DNA of 64,000 nucleotides from assembly GCA_964106645.2 (NCBI GenBank), contig OZ067050.1, one strand, 5' to 3'. This DNA is from Podarcis pityusensis. Taxonomy: Eukaryota. The notes under the pieces are model-generated. The model searched no databases and was not told where the DNA came from. It worked only from the letters and a program-made list of their open reading frames with translations. The translations under genes and the position numbers were made by a program. Within the stretch, counting starts at the first letter, position 1. Each line of letters begins with the position of its first letter. Below are positions 12,951 to 37,207 of this stretch, piece after piece.

Positions 12951-14495
12951 CCCCTCATTCATCCTCTCTGAGCACCCCGGAAATTATCTGATTCTATTTC
13001 CAAGGAACACCTTTTCCCACTAGGAGACACCCAGCCCCCCACCCCCAAAAAGAACACCCCCTCCAGCACCTTAATATTTACCATCAGCAACCCCCAGGCA
13101 TCAACATCTGCCCCAGTCAACAGCTGACCTTTGAGAGGGTTTTTCCAGGCACCCCTAGGTTTTATCAAACTTCTCCAAATCGTAAAGGAAGATCTTGAGT
13201 CTGCTGCACACACATTTAAAAACAGAAACCCCTTTCAAAGAGGAATCTTACTTTCCTGACCCCCCCCCCCCAATTCTCAATAAGCTTCCCCCAAAAGTGA
13301 TTTCACCCCTCTGGGTAAGAGATCCCTTGTGGGTCTTATTCACATTTGCTGGTCATAATTGTAGAGAATCACACAAACATCTCTTTGGACGCTGTCCAGA
13401 ATTTCTGCTGCTCTTGAATTTTCTGTTTACTTCAGCCACCTCTCATGATTTCTGTGGTACAACCCTGAACCTCTTCCTTCCCCCCACCTTATTAGAAAGG
13501 CAATAGATCTCCTTCCCCTATATTTTGAAGTGCACTTCTGAAATTACTCCCGATTCCCCGATTCCAGACGGGCGCCTTGCTTAAATTTCTTTCTCCGATA
13601 GCTATAGGTCATACTGTCCATTTATGCCTACGGGGATCCCCAAATTTTCCATCCCTCTAGCAGGGAGGAGCCTGGGATTCTTCACCACATTTCTATAGGG
13701 TCCAGCATTTGCATCTGTTTGTAAAAGAACAGAAATAGTAGTAATAACAGATTCCCTAAATCTCAGTTATATAGTGAGATAACATTTGAGTGCCTGCCTA
13801 CTCTCTAGAGGTTCCTGATATAAAAGCCAACAATTCTTTCAGCCTATCCAACATTCTGGAACCTGGGCTCCAAAAATCTGTTTTGACAGATTGTTCCTTT
13901 TCATTTAATTCAGTCTGAAAGTCGCAGAGGCAAAAACCTCCTTAGAGATATTCCCTGGAGCGTTTCATCTCTGATAGCGGGACGTGAATTGGACAACTAG
14001 AGTTTTATTGTGTTAAATCTCCCCGCTTTCAACGAGAGTTGAAAGTAGTGATCTGAGACCCTCCAAACTGCCTCCGTAGTGCCCCATACCCCAAGACACC
14101 CACCTGCAACCCGCTTTTTCCAGATCCTTCCACATTCAAGGTATCCCTAAATACCTCCCCTTTCGTCCTAAGTCGTGAGAGCTTTCACGAACAGGTGCTG
14201 CTAAGGCCATACAACTGTCAAGAACACTCCTTTGCAGATTCTGGGACACCCCAAAACTTTTGAGCACCCAATATTGCAGACGTTTCTTCAGCCCTGTATA
14301 CCTGCGTTCAGCCAGCCTTTCAGTAGGCACCTGCAAAATTTCCCCCCAGCTCAGAGCTTCCCCACTGTCCCAAGGGTGCCTTGAAATCCTATCTTCAGAT
14401 CCAAGAGCTCATCCCGCTTCTGATTCCTAAAGCAGGCTCTCTCTAGCCCCTTTCTCAAAACCATCATTTCTTTAACCCCCCTCCCCATTTGTCCA

Positions 14496-29107
<14,612 letters not shown>

Positions 29108-30964
29108 AGGCGCCCAGTGGACAGGGTGGGGAGAAAGAGAAGAAAGGAGAAGTAGAAAAAGGGAAAGCAAAGGAGGAGAAGGGCAGAATGAGAGAGGCTT
29201 TTCATCGGGTGATGGAGAGAGAGAACGAAGAAGAAGAAGAATAAACAACCACTCTTCTTAATCCTGCACTCTTGAATATTTTGACTCATGGACAAACATT
29301 TGGGGTGGGGGGAAAACGTCTGTGTCTTTTTTTTTATTATGAATATTAATATTATTTGGGCTGGGTGGGAGGGTTGGGAAGGGATTGTTTTTTTGCATCA
29401 ATTGATGTCTTTTTCCCTCCACCTTTATTGTTCTGCACTGGAAAACCCTTTAGGTTGTAGGTATTCTCCTTGTGCAACTCTCCTTGTCCGCAAACTCACC
29501 CCCAAATCTGCACTGTTCCCTGACACGCCTGTATTTGCCCATCTCCTGGCTGAGTTACCCTTCCCTCTCTGTTCCTGTATTATTAGGGTTTTGTATTGCT
29601 ACCCCTAGAGGGTTTGCAGCTATTGGAGCGAAGGGGTGTTTGCTTTTCTCAGTATGTTCCGCCCATTCTGCACCAAACCCTGCTGTTCTCCCACTCCTTC
29701 AAAAAAAAATCCTCTTTAGGATCAGTGAAGGATCATCTTACTGGCTGCGTCTTCACTCCTCTCTGCAAGGCACCGTCCCGTAAATAAGCGGCATGTTTTA
29801 TTCCCCTAAATGCTCTGTCCCAAAAGAACCACAGGTGTGTGTGTGGGGGGGGGAGAAACCCAATTTCCTAGCTGGTATCCATACAGCCTTTATCAACCAT
29901 ATTGTTCTCTTAACTGTTCACACTGAATATTCTGCCACTTCTTACAATCAGAAAAGGGGACTCTGGGCCTAAGTAAACATGATCTGTGATGGAACACCAA
30001 TAGGTTTTTAAGTAAGTAAAGTTACAATGAAAGCATGGGGCAGGGATTTGAAGTGTGTGTGGCAGAGAGGGCCCAACCTTTTCCTTGTCTGCTTGCTCCA
30101 GTTGTCCCACCACCAACCCCAGAAAGAAAAACACCTGAGGTACCACTTGGCTCCATTTTGGCATCTCCCAACGTGTCCTTTTAAAAGAAAAATCACTGCT
30201 GGGGTTTAAAAAAAATCACTGCTGGGGTTTACTGTATAGTTTAGTTAGGCCTTCATCCTGTCAGCAGAATCTCTGGAAGTTTCCTTCTCCCAGCACCCCA
30301 CTCTGCAGCCAGAAAAGCACCCCACTTCTTAGCACTCCTCAAGGACACTTATTCCTTCCTTATTTCCACACCCGTTCGAAAATCTACCTCTTTTCTCCTA
30401 GTGTGTGTTTGGTTTGTGTGTTTGTTATTTTTAGCCGGGGGTGGGGGTGTTGAACTTTCATACTTCTGTTGTTAATTAATTTGTATGTTGTTTTCCTGGC
30501 TTTTTTTTGCGGGGGAGGGCGGCTGTTGGATGTTTTTTTTATTCTTAATTTTTTCAGTTTCATTTATTAATTTATGACCCCGTCGGTTTTTAGAGACTCA
30601 AATCCAGAATGCGTGTGTGCGTGTGTGCATTTTTCCTTTGTCCCTGAAAAAGAAAATGAAAAAAACAAAAAACACAACCAACAACCTGGAAACTTGAACT
30701 GTCTTGGCTGTAATAATTTTTTCCCCCTCCTAATTTAATTGTGCTCCATGGTAGCTGAATTAAATTTATGCTGTGTATTTTTCTCCTGTGATTTTTTTAA
30801 ATTTCTCTTCCTATTATTATTATTACTATTATTATTATTCGACCCTTTGAATGTAAATGCACTTTTCCTGGCAACTCTGTTGCACATCTGGATCCCTCTT
30901 CCAGTTCTGCTGGGGCGGCAGCTTGCTTTTGAGGGGCGGTTTGGGGGTGTGCACCTGCCCCAGT

Positions 30965-31175
30965 GAGATTGGAAGCAGGAAGTGCCCATCTGTGGGCTCC
31001 CGGCCTCGCAGGGCGTGCTCAGGAAATGATGCGATCAGGACGCCTCGACCACATCCTTTTCTGCCACTGTTGTCAAAGTGGAGGCAACCTTTGCTTTGTT
31101 GGGGAAGTTCGTCTAAGGCAGAATTGCACACTTGGGGGTCTGCAAACCAAGGAATCCACCGTTTATCAGGTGAGG
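30965..31175 (+). promoter_or_regulatory. Putative C16orf54 promoter and non-coding exon 1
   Basis: Tandem ETS motifs GGAAGCAGGAAGTG from 30971, donor CAG|gtgagg at 31170, matching acceptor at 32117-32118. Confidence 0.45.
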
Positions 31176-31749
31176 TTTTCTATTTTTTTGGTCTTCCCAT
31201 TGCTGTCCACTTCCCCACTCCTCTACCGGACTCAGCCATTAGTAGGTGGGAGACAGTTTCCTCTTAATGTCCCAATGTGGAAAACACCCAGAGGAAGAGG
31301 CCCATGCAGGGGTGGGGAATCCGGGCCCCTCCATGCCTTGCTGCGCCTCGGCTCCCATCGCCCCTAACCATTGGGCATGCTGGCTGGGGCTGATGGGAAG
31401 ACCACAAACTCCCCAGCCCTGCTGTGGGAGAGTGGCAGAGCATCTACTCTCCTCAGTCAGATGGGCAGGGTAGAAAATAAAAATTATCACATCTTTATGG
31501 CTGCAAAGTTAAGCAGGGGGTGAGAATCCTAGAATTGTAGAGGTGGAAGGGCCACACGGGACATCTAGTCCAACCGCCCCTGTAATCTTTTGCCCAACTT
31601 GGGCCTCAAACCTACTACTCTGAGGTGAAGAGTCTCATTGCTCTACCAACTGAGCCATCCTGGGAGGGTCTCAGAAAACTGGAACGGAACTGAGCGGGAC
31701 TTCACAAGCAGGTTGAGCTTTGGGACTTGTAGCTGCAGAATAACAACTG

Positions 31750-31966
31750 CAGTGGTACCTCGGTTACAGACACTTCAGGTTACAGACTCCGCTAACCCAG
31801 AAATAGTATCTTGGGTTAAGAACTTTGCTTCAGGATGAAAAAAGAAATCGCACAGCAGCGGCAGCGGGAGGCCCCATTAGCTAAAGTGGTACCTCAGCTT
31901 AAGAACCGTTTCAGGTTAAGAATGGACCTCTGGAACGAATTAAGTTCTTAACCTGAAGTACCACTG
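31750..31966. mobile_element. Tc1/mariner-type MITE
   Basis: CAGTGGTACCTC...GTACCACTG; same family as 15253. Confidence 0.85.
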
Positions 31967-32165
31967 TATTTTTCTTTTCCTTTTTAAAAAAGGGCTGAGG
32001 TTTTATTTATATTTTTTAATACCGCTCCACCCACAACCCTCGATTACATCAAAAATAAAGCCCAGTACGACCGCCCTGATACAAATCGGTGATTTGACTC
32101 CTCCCTCTTTCTTCACAGTTTGGCTTCTACCTGACGCGCCCATTCTGATTCTGGATGCGGCTTTG

Positions 32166-32687
32166 ATGTGGCTCCATCGCAGTGGTCCACCCCCTGCTAC
32201 GTTGTCAACGCCGGCCCCCTCGACGGGAGCCCAGATGCCTCCTTCCTCTGTGGCCTCCCCGCTCAGTGAGTGTGGCAGCTGCCTGCTGATCATGACAGGC
32301 ATTGCCTTCATTGCCGGCCTTTTCATCGTGATCTCGGCCATCCTCTGCGACCGGGTCTTCCGTGGGTCCCTGCCCTCAGAAAGAAGGGGGCTGCCGTCTG
32401 TCTGGAGGCAAGGCGGGACGCTGTGGATCGAGCCTTCCAGGAGCCGCAGGGAGCCAGATCTCCTATCTAGGCCATCAGAAACGGTGCCCCTTTGGATCCA
32501 GCGCTCAAATGACTGGTTTCTGGAGCAAGGGAGCTGCGATTCCCCCGAAGATACCCAGATGGAGACGCAGAGCCCAAGCAGCTCGGCCCCTTTCTGGGAT
32601 GACGGCGAACCCACCTGGCGGATACAGCCACGCGTCACCCTGCAGGACCTACAGAGCTTTTTCCAGCACAGCGGTCGGGGTACCTAG
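32166..32687 (+). CDS. C16orf54: Transmembrane protein C16orf54 homologue, 173 aa (alternative ATG at 32235)
   Basis: Single coding exon. CGSCLLIM-TM-DRVFR...VWRQGGTLWIEP and C-terminal W.IQPRVTLQDLQSFF match recalled human C16orf54 (CGPCIPIM...VWRPGGELWIEP...LQPRVTLEQISAFW). Synteny with ZG16 and SPN. AATAAA at 33473. Confidence 0.92.
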   Translation: MWLHRSGPPPATLSTPAPSTGAQMPPSSVASPLSECGSCLLIMTGIAFIAGLFIVISAILCDRVFRGSLPSERRGLPSVWRQGGTLWIEPSRSRREPDLLSRPSETVPLWIQRSNDWFLEQGSCDSPEDTQMETQSPSSSAPFWDDGEPTWRIQPRVTLQDLQSFFQHSGRGT

Positions 32688-34014
32688 AGTGTTCCGTGGC
32701 TGGTTTCACTTAAGGCGCCCAAAACCTTCCCTGCCCACTCCACTCCTTCCTGAATCCAAGAAAGCTCAAAGGTCACTGTGGGGTGTGAGATGGAAAATTT
32801 CACTCTTGGGGTGTTAGGGCTTGGGTGGGAGTGTGTGGGAAATGGGCAAGAAAACATCTGGGGTTTTTTTAATACCCTGCTGGTTGGTGTAAACATAGGC
32901 TATGATTAGAGGACACCGGGAAGGAGAATTCTGGGACCAAGGAGTTAACGTCTCGGTGTGCTAGAGAAGGAGGCAAAAATGGAAAGTTGTTTTTTAAAAA
33001 AATAAGTAATGAGAAAACCCACAGACGTTTTGCTTCATCAAATACCCATTTTTTAAGCTTTCCAACCTGACTCATTTCATACATCTCCCATGCAAAATAT
33101 GCCATTTCGGCTTAAAGGGTTGGGGCCCTCTGGTTTCCTACAAGTGACCAGCCCTTAAGGACTTCCTCCCCGCACATTAAACTGCCCAAACAGGAAGATC
33201 GTACGGTCACAGTGTTAAAAGGGGCTTCAGAGCTCAACTAGACCAACCCGCTGCTGATGCAGGATGAAAGCAGGCTTTCAAAAACTGTAACTGTGCGTCT
33301 GACATGCGCAAGAGTGAATGTGGCAACGAAGCAAAATGGTGGATGTTTTGTAATGGTTCTTGTGCTCTTGGCAATTTATGCTAATATGCTGATTTAAAAA
33401 AAAATATGGTTGACCTGTGGCTTGTTTTATATTGTATTACAGTAGGCAGCATTTTAAGTTTGTATAGAAAATAATAAATAATTTAAAATAACTCAGTGAT
33501 GGGCTGCTGGGTTTTTATCTCGTCATTCTCAGAGGGTTTTGTTACTGCTTTCTGAAGTGACGCAAAAAAGCCTTTTCTGTCATCGCCACCCAACACCCTG
33601 CCATTGTGAGATGTTCTCAAGAAGCCTCGCTGATGGCAGGTGACGGCTCGGCTCTCTTTCCACAATGGGAAGCGGCAACACTTCGGAATACCCCTTGCCA
33701 GAAACTGCAGGAAGGGAGAGTGCTCCAGCCCTGCTTCTGGTTGACCACTGTGAGAACAGGATGCTGGACTAGATGGGCTGTTGGCCTGATCCAGCAGGCT
33801 CTCCTTATTGATCTAGGGTGCGAAATGTCTGGGTTCGGCAAACATCGGAATTTAATTAGAGCTTGTGTGTTAGAACCAGGAAAAAGCCAGACTTGTGTGT
33901 TTAAGGCAGATCCGTTTGTGTATTTGACCTCTGCACTCGCTGCTTCTAATCATTTAATTAGCATGTGTGGAACCTAATTATTGCTGCACAAACTTCCTAA
34001 ACTGTGCATTAGGT

Positions 34015-34360
34015 AAAGGTAAAGGGACCCCTGACAATTAGGTCCAGTCGTGGCTGACTCTGGGGTTGCGGCGCTCATCTCGTTTTTTTGTCCTAGGGAG
34101 TCGGCATACAGCTTCCGGGTCATGTGGCCAGCATGACTAAGCTGCTTCTGGCGAACCAAAGCAGTGCATTGAGACGCTGTTTACCTTCCCGCCGGAGCGG
34201 TACCTATTTATCTACTTGCACTTTGATGTGCTTTCGAACTGCTAGGTTGGCAGGAGCAGGGACCGAGCAACGGGAGCTCACCCTATCCCGGGGATTTGAA
34301 CCGCCGACTTGATCGGCAAGCCCTAGGCTCTGTGGTTTAACCCACAGCGCCACCTGTGTC
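34015..34360 (-). mobile_element. Sauria SINE, essentially full length
   Basis: (ACCTTT)n tail, tRNA-like head, 13-bp TSD CTGTGCATTAGGT at 34002-34014 and 34361-34373. Confidence 0.9.
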
Positions 34361-35240
34361 CTGTGCATTAGGTTCTCCTTAATCCTAGGAAATCAGTATG
34401 TGTTGAAAGGTTCTAGACTAGAGTCAGCCTAATTTCCTGGGGAGAATGAGCCATTTGCACATCAAAGGAGTGGGGCCTTGGCGGGTGTTAGAAAAGGCAG
34501 AGGCAATGAAAGCTTGGGAGGAGCATCGTGATGCAAGCTGACAGAAGTTGGGGGTCAGAAGGACATGACTTTTTGTCGCTGGGCTGCAAGGCTGCATCTG
34601 CGAGAAGAACAGAAACCTCTTGGAAAATGATGCTCTGAGCCGCCCCATCTGGACTCTGGTTGCGTAGATGTGTATATAAACCATGCACCATAAAGACACC
34701 ACAGTCTCTGCTGTGCCTCATTGTTCAAAAAGAAACACAGCGCTTACAACCCCTGGAATCTCTCACCACTTGGGGATAGAGTGTGTGTGTAACATTATTG
34801 TGATGGGACGATGAGCTGCTTGTGTGTAAAATCCTAGTCCCTCAGAGTTTGGTCAAGTTTGCAAACCTCTGTCTGTAACGGAGCCCCTTAAACATGGCTC
34901 CGTCAGTCGCTGGCAGATTCCGACAGTGGTTGCTTTCGGAATCGCTTCCAACATAAAAGCTCCTTAACGGAAACACGTCTTCTGGACTCTCTGCGTGACA
35001 GTTTCCGGCGAGGAGTGGGTGTCCCTACAGGAGGTCCTGAAACCTCCCCACTGTTTTCGCTGGAAGTGTCTCTGAGCCATCCCTCCAGCTCCCTTTCACT
35101 TCCCTTCCTTCCGATGGCAGTTCCCTGACATCCACCTCCCCTCCAGGGCCCCCTTCATCCCCTCTCGCCCCCTCCTCTACGGGCGGTGAGGAGGCAAAAC
35201 CCCGGAATGAACTTCCTTCATCTTCCGATGTCCCGAACAC

Positions 35241-36695
35241 TTATCTCCACCTGTTGCGGTTCCTGGTCTCGAAGTACTCCTCCTCCTCAGAGTCCATCTC
35301 CCCTTCCCCTTCCGATTCCGAGAATCCTTCCAACTCCTCCTCCTCATCGGTGGTCCCAAAGTATTCCCTCCGGAACCTCTCCACAGGCTGAGGTTTCCTT
35401 GGGAACCTTTGATGGAACGTTTCTATCAATACCTCGTCATTGATATCTTCTGCCATTACCCAAGTGTTTTCTGACTCCGGTTCTCCTTCCCACGCTACCA
35501 AATACTCCACCTGATCCCCCTTCCACCTGGCGTCGAGGATTTCTGCCACATGGCTGCTGCATTCCCTTTCTTCTATGACCGGTCCCCGAGTGGCCATCCC
35601 TTCTCGTCCCCCCTCATACGGTGACAGTAACGACCTGTGAAATACTGGGTGCAGTTTCATGTGGTTGGGTAACCGGAGCCTGAAAGCCACTGGGTTGACC
35701 TGTTGAATGACCTCAAAGGGACCCAATCTCCTGGGTCTTAATTTCTTACAACCTCCTTTGAACGGCAACCCTTGGGTTGACAGCCACACCCTATCTCCCA
35801 CCCTTATGGTTTCACCTTCCCTTCGGTTCTTGTCTGCCTGCCTCTTGTATTCTTCCTTCGCCCTTTCTAAGTTGAGTTGGAGCTGACGATGGATTGCTTC
35901 CATTTCTTCTACAAAATGCTCGGCTGCCAGGACACCCCATCTCTCCCCTTCTCCCCCTGGGAAAGCCCTGGGATGACACCCATAATTAGCCAAGAAGGGG
36001 CTCATCCCTGTGGACACATTCTCGGCATTGTTGTAGGCAAATTCCGCCAGCGCCAACTTTTCTACCCAGTCATTCTCTCTGTCATTGACATAACACCTCA
36101 GGTATTGCTGGAGGACCCCGTTTGCTCTTTCCGCCTGCCCGTTGGTTTCAGGGTGCCGGGCAGTCGAAAAGTTGACCTCCACCTGCAGTAAGCTCATGAG
36201 CTTCCTCCAGAACCTGGAAGTAAATTGTTTTCCTCGGTCTGAGACCACCCTCAATGGCACCCCGTGCAACCTAAAAATGTGTTCTACAAATAACTTCGCT
36301 GTCTCTTCCGCCGTGACTGCATGCGAGCAGGCTACAAAGTGGCACATCTTTGTTAGTAGGTCTACCACCACCATGATGGCTGTTTTCCCCTTGGACTTCG
36401 GCAGATCAGTCATAAAATCTATCGACACTGCCTCCCAAGGTCGTTCTGGGGTTGGTAAGGGTTCTAATAGCCCCGCCGGTGCCTGCCTCTCCCCTTTGGC
36501 TCGCTGGCATTGCTCACACCCTCTTACATACTCCCGTACATCTTCCCTCACCTTAGGCCACCAAAATTCCCTGGTGACCAACCACATGGTTTTGTGTTGT
36601 CCAAAATGCCCCGCCGTGGGGCTGTCGTGCAACTGCTTGAGTACCCTCCCCCTTAAGTCTCCTTCAGGGATATACAGTGCCCCTTTGTAATACAA
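35241..36695 (-). CDS. Gypsy integrase with chromodomain (pol remnant)
   Basis: HHCC zinc finger (HDSPTAGH...CEQC), DDE core (SIDF, SDRG, QAER), GPF module, chromodomain VAEILDARWKGDQVEYLVAWEGEPESENTW. No natural start of its own. Confidence 0.85.
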   Translation of the reverse strand: MYYKGALYIPEGDLRGRVLKQLHDSPTAGHFGQHKTMWLVTREFWWPKVREDVREYVRGCEQCQRAKGERQAPAGLLEPLPTPERPWEAVSIDFMTDLPKSKGKTAIMVVVDLLTKMCHFVACSHAVTAEETAKLFVEHIFRLHGVPLRVVSDRGKQFTSRFWRKLMSLLQVEVNFSTARHPETNGQAERANGVLQQYLRCYVNDRENDWVEKLALAEFAYNNAENVSTGMSPFLANYGCHPRAFPGGEGERWGVLAAEHFVEEMEAIHRQLQLNLERAKEEYKRQADKNRREGETIRVGDRVWLSTQGLPFKGGCKKLRPRRLGPFEVIQQVNPVAFRLRLPNHMKLHPVFHRSLLSPYEGGREGMATRGPVIEERECSSHVAEILDARWKGDQVEYLVAWEGEPESENTWVMAEDINDEVLIETFHQRFPRKPQPVERFRREYFGTTDEEEELEGFSESEGEGEMDSEEEEYFETRNRNRWR

Positions 36696-36784
36696 AGCTC
36701 CATTTCTTTCCTCGAAACCCCCTGGTTCCTCTCCCTCACCCCTAAGACCTCTGAGCTTATTCTGGGCGTATTCATCATTCTCTG

Positions 36785-37207
36785 TTTAATATCGCTGGAA
36801 AACATCAGATCCATGGCGCGAAAGAACTTCATCGTGTCCTTTAGGACGTCACTATTCGCTGCCATCAGGGGTCTAACCCAGTCTCTCGCCCCCTTTTCAA
36901 GATGCCCAATCACGAAAGCCACTCGTGATTCCTCGTCAGGGAATTCATCAAACTGCAGATTGAGGGCATATTGCATCTCTGTCCGAAAGCCATGATAGTC
37001 TTTGGGTTCCCCCCCAAACTTCTGCACCAATCCTGGTACCTTTCTGACGAGCTGGGTGTCTTTCCCCTTTTTGTCTGCATCCTGAGCCCTCCTCTCCTCA
37101 AGCCTCGCCGTCTGCAGCGCTAGCTGGACCTCCAACACCCGGTACCTTTCTTCCAGGCTTGGACCCGCTCCAGCTCCTGCTTCTCCGGTTCCGGCTGGGT
37201 TGCTCAT
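36785..37207 (-). CDS. Truncated Gypsy gag
   Basis: ATG 46 nt inside the 5' LTR; KFGGEPKDYHGF...FPDEESRVAFVIGHLEKGARDW resembles the Ty3/Gypsy capsid N-terminal domain; ends at the deletion junction. Confidence 0.8.

Noticed and set aside
12183-12991. Several overlapping 100-259 aa ORFs on both strands
   Set aside because: Low-complexity by-products of the GC-rich CpG island; no domain-like content.
30189-30231. Short tandem direct repeat, and short palindromic repeats elsewhere, as CRISPR-like arrays
   Set aside because: Eukaryotic DNA; a simple local duplication and MITE inverted repeats with no repeat-spacer structure.
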